Assembly: GCA_020353515.1 (NCBI GenBank)
Contig: CP070695.1
Span: 756,957 to 820,956, forward strand
Length of the DNA: 64,000 nucleotides
From: Candidatus Heimdallarchaeota archaeon
GTDB taxonomy: Archaea > Asgardarchaeota > Heimdallarchaeia > Hodarchaeales > Hodarchaeaceae
Direction: 5' to 3'
Shown here: positions 19,223-29,744 of the stretch, piece after piece
Position numbering within the stretch: the stretch's first letter is position 1
Layout: every line of letters starts with the position of its first letter
Position numbers and translations under genes: made by a program
The notes under the pieces: generated by a model
Databases searched by the model: none
Seen by the model: the letters and a program-made list of their open reading frames with translations, nothing else
Told to the model about the DNA's origin: nothing

Positions 19223-21427
19223 ATGCCTAAGGCTTTGAATGAGGTTTCTCGAAGCATAAAATCAAATGAAAAAAGGATAAACACCTATAGATCAATCAAT
19301 ACTAAGTTAGGTACAACTTTAATTGATATTTTGGCTTCTATTTCAGTGAGTACAAGTTTTGATTCTGTATTTGAGTTAATTGCGAGTCTAATTTTTGAAG
19401 AGATCTCTTTTATTTCAAAGGTAAACTTTTATCTAGTAGATCATGAAATTGAGATCATACAATGTCTAGGGGAGGTAGATACTAGTTTAAAATTCAAACC
19501 TGGTAATGAGGCTAGTTATGGTTCAGAAATCATTCAAGATTTTCACCGTGGTATACTAGGAATCGCTGTACAAACAGGAAAGCCCACTTGTTCATATTCA
19601 ATTACCTCTAGCAAATCTCAAGTCGATATACTTGACAACCATGAAATCAGTATTCCTATAAAATTTGAAAATGAGATTATTGGAATATTACATGTAGAAA
19701 GGATGAATGTACAAAGATTCACTAATGAAGATCAAGATAAATTAGTCTTCATTGCTAAAGCACTAGGAGGTTTTATCAAATCAAAGCTCCTTACGAGTCA
19801 GCTTCAGCGGTCTAAGACAAGTCTTTTGGAGGCAAATATTGCTTTAAAGGAATCAAATGAATTTCAGGAAGAGATTTTTAGATCAATAGATGAAGGATTG
19901 ATCCTTGAGGATGAAAAATTTAAAATCCTTTATTTAAATCCAAAAGCTGAAGAAATATTAGGATATACCACTGAAGAACTGAGAAATAAGAGTTATGCAA
20001 CAATAGTAAGTGATGATTCCATCTTTAAAGTTCATACAGAAACAAAGAAACAAAGAGATGGAATCCGAAGTTCGTATCGTGCAGAATTACTAAAAAAAGA
20101 TGAGACAAAACTTCCTGTATTAATTCAAGCAGCACCGTTTTACCAGGAGGGAACATTTAAAGGAATCATGCTTGCATTTACGAATTTGAGTCCAATAATA
20201 AAAATCGAAGAGGAGATTCTAGAGCTAAAAGAGTATCATCAAACAATGTTGGATAATTTGCCCGTGGGTATAATCGGTATCAATACAGATAAACGAATTG
20301 ATTATATTAACAAGTATCTTCACCAATTATTCGGTGATTTGATAATAGGAAAACATATGAATCACATATTTTCAAAATATTTCAAAGGCCCTGGTTCAAC
20401 ATCAATACTACAACTCATGGAGGAGAGTTTCGATGAGAAAAGTGGTTTTCGATCAAATGAGATACCGTTAACACTGAAGAACAAAAAGATCATTGCTAAT
20501 ATTTCATTCACACCTTTATTTGGATATAATGAAGAATTCCTAGGAGCAGCTTTAGTAATTGAAGATGATACAACTATTTATACTCTCATTGATAGATTAA
20601 AAGAGACATATAGAGCATTAGAGGACAGACAAGCAAATCTTTTGCGGGAAACTCAACAGAAGGTTGAATTTCAACATGAACTCATTAAGAGAACCAAGGC
20701 ATTACGGCAAAAAAACACAGAAATGGAAAGCTTTGTTTATTCTATTAGTCATGATTTGAAAACTCCAATTGTATCCATCCAAGGCTATATTAATGCTATG
20801 CTAGAAGATCTAGGAAATTCATTTAGTTCAGAAATTGATTTCTATATCAATAGGATTAAAAAGAATACAGAATATGCGAAAAGATTAATTTTGGATATAT
20901 TAGAATATAGTAAGCTAGGACAGGATAAAATTGCTATTCAAGAAGTATTTTCCTTAGAAATCCTACAAAGTGCAATTTATGCGATAGAATCACAAGCCAA
21001 GTTCAAGAACTTTGAAATTTATATTCGTCCAGCCCCTTACCCCAAAATCAGGTGTCAACCAGAAAGGATTCATCAAGTTTTTGTTAATCTGGCTGATAAT
21101 GCGTTGAAGTATAAAGATAAATCGAAAGATCGGGCCTTTCTTGATATCTTCCTTGAAGAAGAAGATAAATTTTGGGTTTTTGTGTTTCAAGACAACGGAG
21201 TAGGAATTTCTGACAATCAACGGGAAAAAATTTTCACAATGTTTGAAAGAGGTCATGAATATTCCTCTGATATTATCGAGGGCAGTGGTATTGGACTTGC
21301 TTTTTCGAAAAAAATTGTTGAAATCCATAATGGACGAATTACGGTGGATAGTCAGGTGGGAATAGGATCCACTTTTCGAGTCTGGCTTCCAAAAAGACCT
21401 AGTTTCCAAAATGACAGATTATTTTAA
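19223..21427 (+). CDS. GAF-PAS-PAS sensor histidine kinase
   Basis: GAF (EISIPIK...IIGILHVE), two PAS, H-box SHDLKTP, N-box NLADNALKY, DNGVG, GSGIGL. Confidence 0.93.
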   Translation: MPKALNEVSRSIKSNEKRINTYRSINTKLGTTLIDILASISVSTSFDSVFELIASLIFEEISFISKVNFYLVDHEIEIIQCLGEVDTSLKFKPGNEASYGSEIIQDFHRGILGIAVQTGKPTCSYSITSSKSQVDILDNHEISIPIKFENEIIGILHVERMNVQRFTNEDQDKLVFIAKALGGFIKSKLLTSQLQRSKTSLLEANIALKESNEFQEEIFRSIDEGLILEDEKFKILYLNPKAEEILGYTTEELRNKSYATIVSDDSIFKVHTETKKQRDGIRSSYRAELLKKDETKLPVLIQAAPFYQEGTFKGIMLAFTNLSPIIKIEEEILELKEYHQTMLDNLPVGIIGINTDKRIDYINKYLHQLFGDLIIGKHMNHIFSKYFKGPGSTSILQLMEESFDEKSGFRSNEIPLTLKNKKIIANISFTPLFGYNEEFLGAALVIEDDTTIYTLIDRLKETYRALEDRQANLLRETQQKVEFQHELIKRTKALRQKNTEMESFVYSISHDLKTPIVSIQGYINAMLEDLGNSFSSEIDFYINRIKKNTEYAKRLILDILEYSKLGQDKIAIQEVFSLEILQSAIYAIESQAKFKNFEIYIRPAPYPKIRCQPERIHQVFVNLADNALKYKDKSKDRAFLDIFLEEEDKFWVFVFQDNGVGISDNQREKIFTMFERGHEYSSDIIEGSGIGLAFSKKIVEIHNGRITVDSQVGIGSTFRVWLPKRPSFQNDRLF

Positions 21428-21565
21428 AAAGTTAAATTGACCATTCGATTTACGAATTGAAAATAGTTTTTTTCAGTATTTTACTTTAAACAGCTCCGAA
21501 ATGATAAAGTATATAAGAAAATTATAAGCAATTAGGAATGTTTTATTGGAATTGAGGGTAATATT

Positions 21566-22987
21566 TTGGAAAATAGTATAAATTTTTCAACTTTTGTTGA
21601 GGAGCACCTAAAAGATAAATCAACAACTGAACAGGAAGCTCTAGCATTAGCCATAGGGTTCAATCCTCAATTAGATATGAAATTCAGACTAAAACATTTA
21701 AAACAAGCAGCAAAAAACCAAGATCTAATAATAAAAAGAGCTGCATTAACTGGATTAGGATTTTCAAGTCTTTTAGAGCCCAAAAAAGGAGAGGAACAGA
21801 AAAAAGAATTGAAAAATCACTTAAACGATCCTTTAACAACAACAAAGATAACTACAGCAATTGCTTTGGGAATAAGCAGTTATTTTTCTAATAATAAAAA
21901 ATTCCAAAAGAAATCTTACGATGAATTCAGAAAAAAAATACAAAAAGCTGATTTTATAATAAAACAAGGATATGCAATTGGTTTAGGATTACTTGCTAAA
22001 TATCCTGAAACACAAAAAGAGAGTCTAAAAGTTATTCTCGAAGCTTACAACCAAATAGAAATGGGGATGGGGAACCCAGACTATTATCTCATTGGACTTA
22101 CATTAACAGCTATTAATACCAAAAGAGCTGAAGAAGGATTTGACTTTATTTTTGAAACAATCATTCCACATCTGTCAAACAAGGAAAGTCGAAGAATAGC
22201 AATGATGTGTACTGCATTTCTCCTACCATTAATTCCTGATCCAGGAACTAGAGTTAAAAAACTGGAAAAGATAATACAGAAAGGAATTGAATTCCATTCG
22301 AAATTTGGAACAGATTCAGCCTTGATTTTAACCTATATATCACTTCAGGATAAAAAACTACAGGAAAACTTTCTCATTCGATTATTAGGTTTTAAAGATC
22401 TAGATCCTGATTATGAGCAGATTTTTGCTATTCTCAAAGAGAATAAAAACACGATAGATATAATCCAAGCTCTTTTGAAGTGCAATACATTAGACATTAA
22501 AGCTGCGGGAATAACAGCCAGCTTCTTCCTTGAATCAGAAGATCAGTTTGATATGGAATCGTTCATTCAAGAAGGACTTCAACAACGGGGTTCAGGATAT
22601 TTTGATCGGTTTCTTGTCCTGTTAAGGACGTTCTCTTTTATTCTCAGGAATAAGGAATATGATCGGGGAAAAGAATTTGAACCATTTTTCCACTCAAACG
22701 ACCATCGAGTGAAAAAATTCTCTGCTCTTTCCTATGCCTGTCTTAAAGCGATGAACCCTGAAGAACGTAAGAAAGGACTGCATGAAATTTATTCTCGATT
22801 AAAAACTGAATTAAATGAGCATGTTCGCTGGGGATTTCTTGTAGGTATTTCCATGTATGAAAGTGTTGGGAGAAATATCCTTGATGATGAATTGATTCTT
22901 GGGCTCCTATTATTAAGCCTTGGTTTTATTGATGTGGGCACTCTTTTATTACTTTCTCAAGCAATGATTTCACAGTTCTATCAATAA
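21566..22987 (+). CDS. Alpha-helical repeat protein (HEAT / proteasome-cyclosome-like repeats)
   Basis: Recurrent ALALAIG, RAALTGLG, TAIALGI, KQGYAIGLGLL, HVRWGFLVGIS motifs. Confidence 0.65.
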   Translation: MENSINFSTFVEEHLKDKSTTEQEALALAIGFNPQLDMKFRLKHLKQAAKNQDLIIKRAALTGLGFSSLLEPKKGEEQKKELKNHLNDPLTTTKITTAIALGISSYFSNNKKFQKKSYDEFRKKIQKADFIIKQGYAIGLGLLAKYPETQKESLKVILEAYNQIEMGMGNPDYYLIGLTLTAINTKRAEEGFDFIFETIIPHLSNKESRRIAMMCTAFLLPLIPDPGTRVKKLEKIIQKGIEFHSKFGTDSALILTYISLQDKKLQENFLIRLLGFKDLDPDYEQIFAILKENKNTIDIIQALLKCNTLDIKAAGITASFFLESEDQFDMESFIQEGLQQRGSGYFDRFLVLLRTFSFILRNKEYDRGKEFEPFFHSNDHRVKKFSALSYACLKAMNPEERKKGLHEIYSRLKTELNEHVRWGFLVGISMYESVGRNILDDELILGLLLLSLGFIDVGTLLLLSQAMISQFYQ

Positions 22988-22991
22988 GAAA

Positions 22992-24455
22992 CTAGATACG
23001 TTGGCGCCATCTATAGAAATTCACCATATATCTGAAAGCATGAACCATTCTAGCTGGAGTAGGGAAAATAGGATAATCTTGAGATTCAAGGAACTTTATA
23101 GAGGGTGAATTTTGTGCTGTTAATAGCGTAGTAATCAGAATTGGCTTATTGTAACTTTCCGATAATTCAAGTATATCTTCAAACAGTTTAACTTCAATAT
23201 TACTAATAAAATCAAGTTGATCCATTTGTTCCTCTTGAATAAAGGGCGATTTTTTCGCAAGATTTGCTAAATAAGCAATTCCTCCGACACCCAAAAGAAA
23301 TATTGCTTCAACCAAGGGCATTTCATCGAAAACTATCTTAATAATCTCTTTAACGTCGTTCAAGTTTAAGGAAGCGACTGTGTCAATAGGATTTCCTTTC
23401 GACCAGTACTCTGGAAGAAGCTTATCAATACGTTCATAAGCATTATTACTTAATGGCTCTAAATTTATTCCCTGTCTTGAACATGCGTCAGCTGCCATTA
23501 CCCCCCACCCCCCACCTCTTGTTACAATAACAATCCTTCCTCGAGGGAATTTCATCTTAGCCCAACGGCTGAAAACAAGAACAAGATCGAACATTTCATC
23601 AAGAGAATCTACTATAATTGCTCCCGCATGTTCTAAGATATCACGAAAGACGTGATCATCGCCAGTTATAGCTCCAGTATGAGAAAGTGCAGCTCGACTC
23701 CCAGCACTTGTACCCCCAGCTTTTAGAATAATAACTGGTTTTTCTTTTGATATCTCCTTTACTAATTTTACAAAGCGCCTTGGATCTTGAATTCCTTCTA
23801 TATAAAGACCAATAACCTTGGTCTTAGAATCTTGCTTTCCAAAATATTCTAAATAATCTGACATTGTTAAATCGGCCATATTACCAGCAGAGACGTATAC
23901 GTTGAGTCCAATACCTCGTCTTGAAGCAACAGTTAATCCGATCGTGCCAATATTCCCTGATTGGGATACAAAGGCCATACCACCACTTTTCAAGCTTGTT
24001 ACAGGCCACATAACAGCTGTTAAATTCACTCGGGTTGAAACAACTCCCATTCCATTCGGTCCAATCAATCGAATTCCATTTTCTCGAGCAAAAGCGGTAA
24101 TTTTCTCTTCTAATATGCGTCCTTCTTCTCCAGATTCTTTAAAACCAGCTGTGATAATAACCACATGATGGACACCTCTTTGCTTCGCTTGTTCAAGGAT
24201 TGATAAGACATATCTTGCAGGAATGATAATAATCACTAGATCAAGTTGTACATCTTTGGGGATTTCAAGAATGGAAGTATAAGCTTTATATCCTAGAATT
24301 TCCTCCTTCTTAGGATGGACAGGAAAAAATTCTCCTGTAAAATCATTTTGAACAATATTATGGGCAACAATGAATCCCCAACTAGAAAGCTTGTCACTCG
24401 CACCAACCAAAGCAACTGCTCTTGGATTAAAAAAACGGTCCAGATTAAGAGACAT
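22992..24455 (-). CDS. acdA: ADP-forming acyl-CoA synthetase alpha subunit
   Basis: VALVGAS, ITAGFKE, GPNGMG, SQSG, GNMADL, YIEG, phospho-His motif SHTGA, NPID. Confidence 0.9.
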   Translation of the reverse strand: MSLNLDRFFNPRAVALVGASDKLSSWGFIVAHNIVQNDFTGEFFPVHPKKEEILGYKAYTSILEIPKDVQLDLVIIIIPARYVLSILEQAKQRGVHHVVIITAGFKESGEEGRILEEKITAFARENGIRLIGPNGMGVVSTRVNLTAVMWPVTSLKSGGMAFVSQSGNIGTIGLTVASRRGIGLNVYVSAGNMADLTMSDYLEYFGKQDSKTKVIGLYIEGIQDPRRFVKLVKEISKEKPVIILKAGGTSAGSRAALSHTGAITGDDHVFRDILEHAGAIIVDSLDEMFDLVLVFSRWAKMKFPRGRIVIVTRGGGWGVMAADACSRQGINLEPLSNNAYERIDKLLPEYWSKGNPIDTVASLNLNDVKEIIKIVFDEMPLVEAIFLLGVGGIAYLANLAKKSPFIQEEQMDQLDFISNIEVKLFEDILELSESYNKPILITTLLTAQNSPSIKFLESQDYPIFPTPARMVHAFRYMVNFYRWRQRI

Positions 24456-24577
24456 TGAACATCATCCACGTAATTATTGAGCGATATATGCCCGAGTCTG
24501 TTACTGATTCTTGCAGGAAACCATCCTGAAGGACAAGGTTACAGCATAATAAAGATTCTTTAAAGAAAAAGGTTTTT

Positions 24578-25072
24578 ATGGTTATGAAATACTTACTTTT
24601 CAATGAGTGGAAGGTAATGCGAATTTTAAAATCTAAAGAGTTAGAAGAAAGTTGGATAAACCTAATCTATCCTCCTAAGCAATTGGAAGGTGCTATTCTT
24701 GATCTTACTGTAAAACGGATTTATTTATTCAAAAAGCAAGGTGCATTAGATTTTGGAGGAAGTGAATATCAATCTGTTGACCTAGAACCTTTATCACCAA
24801 AATTTGAAGATGATCCCAAGTATGGATGGTGGTCACTTTCAACAGGGACATATATTGTAGAGTATAATGAAAGTCTTCCTAGAAATGAATGCCTAGCTAT
24901 TGTTTCTCCTCACAAGCGTCTTCTTTCCACAGGATGTTTCCATCCTTCTTTTGTTATTAATCCATCAGGGAAATCTCAGCCAATCCAAGGATTATTAAGC
25001 GTTAATAGTCAAGGTGTACGTATTAAAGAGAATGCTCGAATTTCTACAGTACTCACTCTTAAAATAGATTAG
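24578..25072 (+). CDS. dCTP deaminase/dUTPase-family protein (archaeal type)
   Basis: LDLTV...LDFGGSEY...DPKYGWWSLSTGTYIVEYNE; KENARIS. Confidence 0.7.
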   Translation: MVMKYLLFNEWKVMRILKSKELEESWINLIYPPKQLEGAILDLTVKRIYLFKKQGALDFGGSEYQSVDLEPLSPKFEDDPKYGWWSLSTGTYIVEYNESLPRNECLAIVSPHKRLLSTGCFHPSFVINPSGKSQPIQGLLSVNSQGVRIKENARISTVLTLKID

Positions 25073-25129
25073 ATAGTCTCCATAGTATGATGGTGATTCC
25101 AAGAAAAGTACCCAATTGCATGATCATGT

Positions 25130-25738
25130 TTATAGGTCATCCAATTCATCAATTTCTGGAATTTTAGCCCGTGCAATTCTGTCAAAAAATTCTAACTCAT
25201 TGAAATAACGGGATACATTAATGGTACTACCTTCAAGCTTGAAATAGATTTTTTGATCTTGAAAGAATTCATCATTGAGAATGACTAGATTAGAATCACC
25301 CAAGCACAAATCTTTCTGATTTTTGGGCTCAATTTTCCCTTGAGACCAGGTTAAAGGTTCCGAATCAAGAATCTCGAATTGTTCGTTTGGAATAACTTCA
25401 AATCCTAAGAGAAGATCCTTTATAATCCACAATGGAATAGCATAATGTCTTTTTTCCCAATAGCCAAGAAGGGCTAATTCGATTTGGTCAAACTTGGAAT
25501 CAACTAGATTAGGTTTTCGAAGTATGAAGCTAATTTCGCACCTTTGCAAAAATGAATTCAAAAATGCCAAGAAAAAGGTTTTTTTTCGTGTTTCATATAT
25601 TTCCTGTGGAAGTTCTAGAAGATTGGTGATTGATGCCCCAAAATCACCAACCTCGAACTCCAGAAACCATACTTTAGCTTGATACCCCAATCCTAGATAA
25701 TCATGAATTGAGAGTTGTTTCATCTTTTTCGGTTTCAT
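25130..25738 (-). CDS. Hypothetical protein
   Basis: 202-aa ORF; no motif recognised. Confidence 0.6.
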   Translation of the reverse strand: MKPKKMKQLSIHDYLGLGYQAKVWFLEFEVGDFGASITNLLELPQEIYETRKKTFFLAFLNSFLQRCEISFILRKPNLVDSKFDQIELALLGYWEKRHYAIPLWIIKDLLLGFEVIPNEQFEILDSEPLTWSQGKIEPKNQKDLCLGDSNLVILNDEFFQDQKIYFKLEGSTINVSRYFNELEFFDRIARAKIPEIDELDDL

Positions 25739-25838
25739 CTTGGTTCACTTTCATACTTCACTCTCAGAGTCCTCTTTTAAGAACCCTAAAATTTGAATGG
25801 TGAGAAGTGGAATTAACAGACTAAACAGAGGAATAATA

Positions 25839-26627
25839 ATGGATTTAAGGCTTAATGGTAAAGTTGCACTTGTAGGGGCTTCGAGTACAGGATTAGGAAA
25901 GGCAGTTGCCTTAGCATTAGCAGAAGAGGGTACTGATGTTATTATTTGTTCAAGAGACTCTGATAAACTAAGATTAGTATCAGAAGAGATTCAAAAGAAA
26001 GGAACAAAATGTCTTGCCATTCCAACAGACCTCACCAAATATTCACAAGTACAGAACTTAGTAACAAGGAGTATCGAGTATTTCGGAAAGATAGATATTT
26101 TAGTCACTAATTGTGGTGGGCCTCCTTCTGGGGAATTCTTAGATTTTTCAGTAGATGATTGGAAACAAGCGATTAACCTGAATCTTATGAGTACGATTTA
26201 TTTATGCAAAGAGATCCTTCCTTACATGGTAAAACAAAATGATGGCCGAGTCATCATGATTACAAGTGTATCAGTTAAGCAGCCTATTAAGGGGCTTATT
26301 TTATCAAATGTTACTCGGGCAGGGGTTGCAGGTCTAGCAAAGAGTCTGAGTAACGAATATGGGAAAAATAACATACTAGTGAATATTGTTTGTCCAGGAT
26401 ATACACGCACAGAGCGGGTTGAGCAGCTTGCAGTATCTCTGTCAGCTAAACAAGGATTAAAACCAGTAGAAATGATCCAAAATTGGGCACAATTAAATTC
26501 TCTTGGTCGGTTAGCAACGCCTGAAGAGTTCGCAAATGTGGTTGTATTCCTAGCATCTGAAAAAGCCAGTCATTTAACAGGAACAGCCATTCAGATCGAT
26601 GGAGGTCTTGTTAAATCCCTTTTATAA
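25839..26627 (+). CDS. SDR oxidoreductase (BKR-like atypical subgroup)
   Basis: GASSTGLG, NCGGP, SNVTRAG in place of YxxxK, PGYTRT, DGG; likely start MDLRL after GAGGA. Confidence 0.9.
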   Translation: MDLRLNGKVALVGASSTGLGKAVALALAEEGTDVIICSRDSDKLRLVSEEIQKKGTKCLAIPTDLTKYSQVQNLVTRSIEYFGKIDILVTNCGGPPSGEFLDFSVDDWKQAINLNLMSTIYLCKEILPYMVKQNDGRVIMITSVSVKQPIKGLILSNVTRAGVAGLAKSLSNEYGKNNILVNIVCPGYTRTERVEQLAVSLSAKQGLKPVEMIQNWAQLNSLGRLATPEEFANVVVFLASEKASHLTGTAIQIDGGLVKSLL

Positions 26628-26647
26628 AAGAAAAGAGAAAAATGGGA

Positions 26648-27415
26648 TTATTTGAATTGGGCTTTTCTTTTTTCTAGAAAAGCAGATACTCCTTCATTCA
26701 TATCTTCATGAGAGAAACAGAGTGAAAAAATATTCGATTCCATTTGGATGGCATCTAGCCAGCTCATCTCTGAGCCTCGATCGATTGCTTCCTTTGCTTG
26801 GGCTAAGGCAAAACCTGGTCCTTTTGCTAGCCTCTTAGCTAGTTCACTTACAGCGGAATCAAGTTCTTCTGGCTTAACAACTTTGTTTACAAGGCCGATG
26901 GATAAAGCTCTCTCAGGGCTGATATTATCTCCTAGAAAAATTATTTCTTTTGCCACAGTTTTTCCCACTAAGCGGGGAAGACGTTGTGTTCCACCTGCAC
27001 CTGGGATTATACCCAACTTTATTTCAGGTTGCCCAAACAGGGCCTTAGTTGAAGCAATTCGTAAATCACACGCCATTGCTAATTCATTACCACCTCCGAG
27101 GCAAAACCCATTGATAGATGCAATTACAGGTATTGGGAGGAGTTCAATTTCGTTCAAGACACGTTGTAAAACTAATGAAAATGCTTTCGTTTCGGCGGTA
27201 GTTCTTCCTTTAAACTCGGTAATGTCAGCACCAGCAATAAAAGCTCTTCCTTTTCCTTTGAAAACTAGTACTCGGACTTTTTCTTCTTTTATCCTTGATA
27301 TTGCCTTTTCTAATTCATTAACAGTCTCATTATTTAGTGCATTAAGGGCTTTTTCACGAATAAAAGTGATTGTAGCAATTCCTTCTGAAACTTCGTATGT
27401 CAGATTTTTGAACAT
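26648..27415 (-). CDS. Enoyl-CoA hydratase (crotonase)
   Basis: AFIAGADI, GGGNELAMACD, GQPEIKLGIIPGAGGTQRLPR. Confidence 0.95.
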   Translation of the reverse strand: MFKNLTYEVSEGIATITFIREKALNALNNETVNELEKAISRIKEEKVRVLVFKGKGRAFIAGADITEFKGRTTAETKAFSLVLQRVLNEIELLPIPVIASINGFCLGGGNELAMACDLRIASTKALFGQPEIKLGIIPGAGGTQRLPRLVGKTVAKEIIFLGDNISPERALSIGLVNKVVKPEELDSAVSELAKRLAKGPGFALAQAKEAIDRGSEMSWLDAIQMESNIFSLCFSHEDMNEGVSAFLEKRKAQFK

Positions 27416-27570
27416 AATTTTTCCCTACAACTGGATTTAAGTAGTGAGAAGCGTTTTAGAACTAATATTCAAATATTTTTGCATTAAGAACTTGATTTCA
27501 TCACAAATTTAATTAATTTCAGAATTTTATCGAAAAACAAACAAAATTTAAGTGGGTCTTGGTAAGAAAG

Positions 27571-28104
27571 ATGGCTATCTATGAATTCGAAGGAAAACAA
27601 CCTGAAATAGCAAAAACTGCATATATATTTCCATCTGCAGACATTATAGGAGATGTAAGTATTGGAGACAATTGTTTCATTGGTCCTAATGCTGTTTTGC
27701 GTGGAGATTGGGGTTATATAAGGATTGGAAGTGGCTCTAATATTCAGGATACTTGTGTAATTCACTCGGTTCCTGATGGAGGGACGATAATCGGTGAAAA
27801 CTGTCATATAGGACATGGAGCAATCGTACACCAGGCAGAATTAGGAAAACACGTGCTTGTAGGAAAAAATGCAGTAATAATGAATTGGGCGAATATTGGA
27901 GATGAGTGTATAATCGGTAGTGGCTGTGTTGTTCCTCAAAATAGAGTGATTGAATCCAATAGTTTGGTTCTTGGTGTTCCAGGAAAAGTCGTTGGTAAAA
28001 TTTCAGAGGATCAAAAAAACTATAGTTTAGGTGCAACCAAACTTTACCAAACCTTACCTAAACGCTATCATGCAAGTCTAAAGCTCCTTAATAATGGTTA
28101 TTAA
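27571..28104 (+). CDS. Gamma-carbonic-anhydrase-like hexapeptide protein (PaaY/CaiE/YrdA family)
   Basis: IIGDVSIG, VLRGD, SNIQD, IGHGAIVH. Confidence 0.9.
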   Translation: MAIYEFEGKQPEIAKTAYIFPSADIIGDVSIGDNCFIGPNAVLRGDWGYIRIGSGSNIQDTCVIHSVPDGGTIIGENCHIGHGAIVHQAELGKHVLVGKNAVIMNWANIGDECIIGSGCVVPQNRVIESNSLVLGVPGKVVGKISEDQKNYSLGATKLYQTLPKRYHASLKLLNNGY

Positions 28105-28255
28105 TATAATGTTTGATAGAGAATAGGAAAGACACTTATTCCTACAATTATCTTCGATAATCGATAATATATAAAAATGGAAAAAGAGATCAGATTTGCA
28201 GTCATTTTTATAAAGAGCAAAAGTTATTTTTAAAAGTCAATTTAAGTGGTTAAAG

Positions 28256-29707
28256 ATGGTGATTACAAAGACCAAAATAGTGTGCACGATTGGACCAGCA
28301 TCAGAGGATCCTTCTGTATTTAAAAAATTAGTTGAAGCAGGGATGGATGTATGTCGCCTCAATTTCAGTCATGGGTCTTATTCAGATCACAAAGAACGAT
28401 ATAAACTTATCAGAGAGGCTAGTGACGATCTTGCTGTCTTAGTTGATTTATGCGGACCAAAAATACGTACTGGAGAGGTAAAAAAAGGAACTGTTATCAA
28501 AACAGGTCAAAAATTTGAGATTTCTGAAGATATCAGTCTGGAAGGGGATTCCAAGGCATGTACAACTAATTATCCACCTCTTATAAAAGATGCAAAAGTC
28601 GGAAATCATCTAGCAATCGATGATGGGTTACTACTGCTAAAAATTACTAAAAAGACAAAATCTGAGCTAGTTTGCAAAGTATTAAATGGTGGTCCACTAA
28701 AATCTAGAAAAGGAATAAATGCACCAGATGTACCCTTATCATTATATTTTCCTCTTGAAAAAGACTTACAAGACGTACGTTACGTCTTAAGAAAATTAGA
28801 CATTGATTTTTTAGCTGCATCTTTTGTTCGTAGAAAAGAAGACATTCTGAGAGTTAGAGAGATATTGGATGAAGTACATTCACCTATCGGAATTATCAGT
28901 AAAATAGAACATCGCGATGCCCTTAAGAATTTTGATGAAATTCTAAAGGTGTCCGATGGTATTATGGTTGCAAGAGGAGATCTAGGGATAGAAATCCCAA
29001 CAGAACAAGTACCCATTGTTCAAAAGGAACTGATATCAAAGTGTAATCATATTGGGAAACCAGTGATTGTAGCCACCCAGATGTTAGAATCAATGATCAA
29101 TAATCCGCGACCGACCCGAGCAGAAGCATCAGATGTGAGTAATGCAATCATAGATGGATCTGATGCAGTTATGTTATCTGGGGAGACTGCAGTTGGAAAA
29201 TTTCCTGTAGAAGCTGTCCAATATCTAGAAAAAATAGCTAAAGCAGCAGAAGATCATGGATTACTGCGCCCAGTTGGTTATGGTATCGAACAACCTTCTA
29301 TAACTGAAGTGTTTGGGAGAGGAGTTTATATGATTAGTCAAGAAGATCATTTGAATGTTAAAGCAATCCTTACAAATACAAGAAGGGGATCTACAGCAAA
29401 GCTTGTCGCAAAATATAGGCCAAAAACACCTATTATAGCTGGTACTCCCTATCCATCAACCAAACGCCAATTAAATTTAGTTTGGGGTGTATGCCCAATA
29501 CAAGTTGAAGTAACCAATTCCTCGAATGAATTAAAATACCTTCTAGCAAAGGAGGCTCATGAAAGAGGTCTACTTCAGCCTGAAGACCAGGTACTTATAA
29601 TTGGTGGCAGTCTCTTAGGTTTTCCTGCTTCAACAAATCTCATTCAAACGATGAAAGTTGATGATATCCTTCTTTTCGGTCAACAACTCAGACAACCAAT
29701 GATGTAG
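28256..29707 (+). CDS. pyk: Pyruvate kinase
   Basis: TKIVCTIGPAS, RLNFSHG, GPKIRTG, SKIE, MVARGDLG, ATQMLESM, PTRAEASD, MLSGETA. Confidence 0.97.
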   Translation: MVITKTKIVCTIGPASEDPSVFKKLVEAGMDVCRLNFSHGSYSDHKERYKLIREASDDLAVLVDLCGPKIRTGEVKKGTVIKTGQKFEISEDISLEGDSKACTTNYPPLIKDAKVGNHLAIDDGLLLLKITKKTKSELVCKVLNGGPLKSRKGINAPDVPLSLYFPLEKDLQDVRYVLRKLDIDFLAASFVRRKEDILRVREILDEVHSPIGIISKIEHRDALKNFDEILKVSDGIMVARGDLGIEIPTEQVPIVQKELISKCNHIGKPVIVATQMLESMINNPRPTRAEASDVSNAIIDGSDAVMLSGETAVGKFPVEAVQYLEKIAKAAEDHGLLRPVGYGIEQPSITEVFGRGVYMISQEDHLNVKAILTNTRRGSTAKLVAKYRPKTPIIAGTPYPSTKRQLNLVWGVCPIQVEVTNSSNELKYLLAKEAHERGLLQPEDQVLIIGGSLLGFPASTNLIQTMKVDDILLFGQQLRQPMM

Positions 29708-29744
29708 TGAGATAGATTTTTCAAAATAACCACCTGAAGGTTAG

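Noticed and set aside
26748-27440. 230-aa plus-strand ORF, and the many other short ORFs overlapping called genes
   Set aside because: Antisense or alternate-frame shadows of well-supported genes (here the crotonase), with no motifs.
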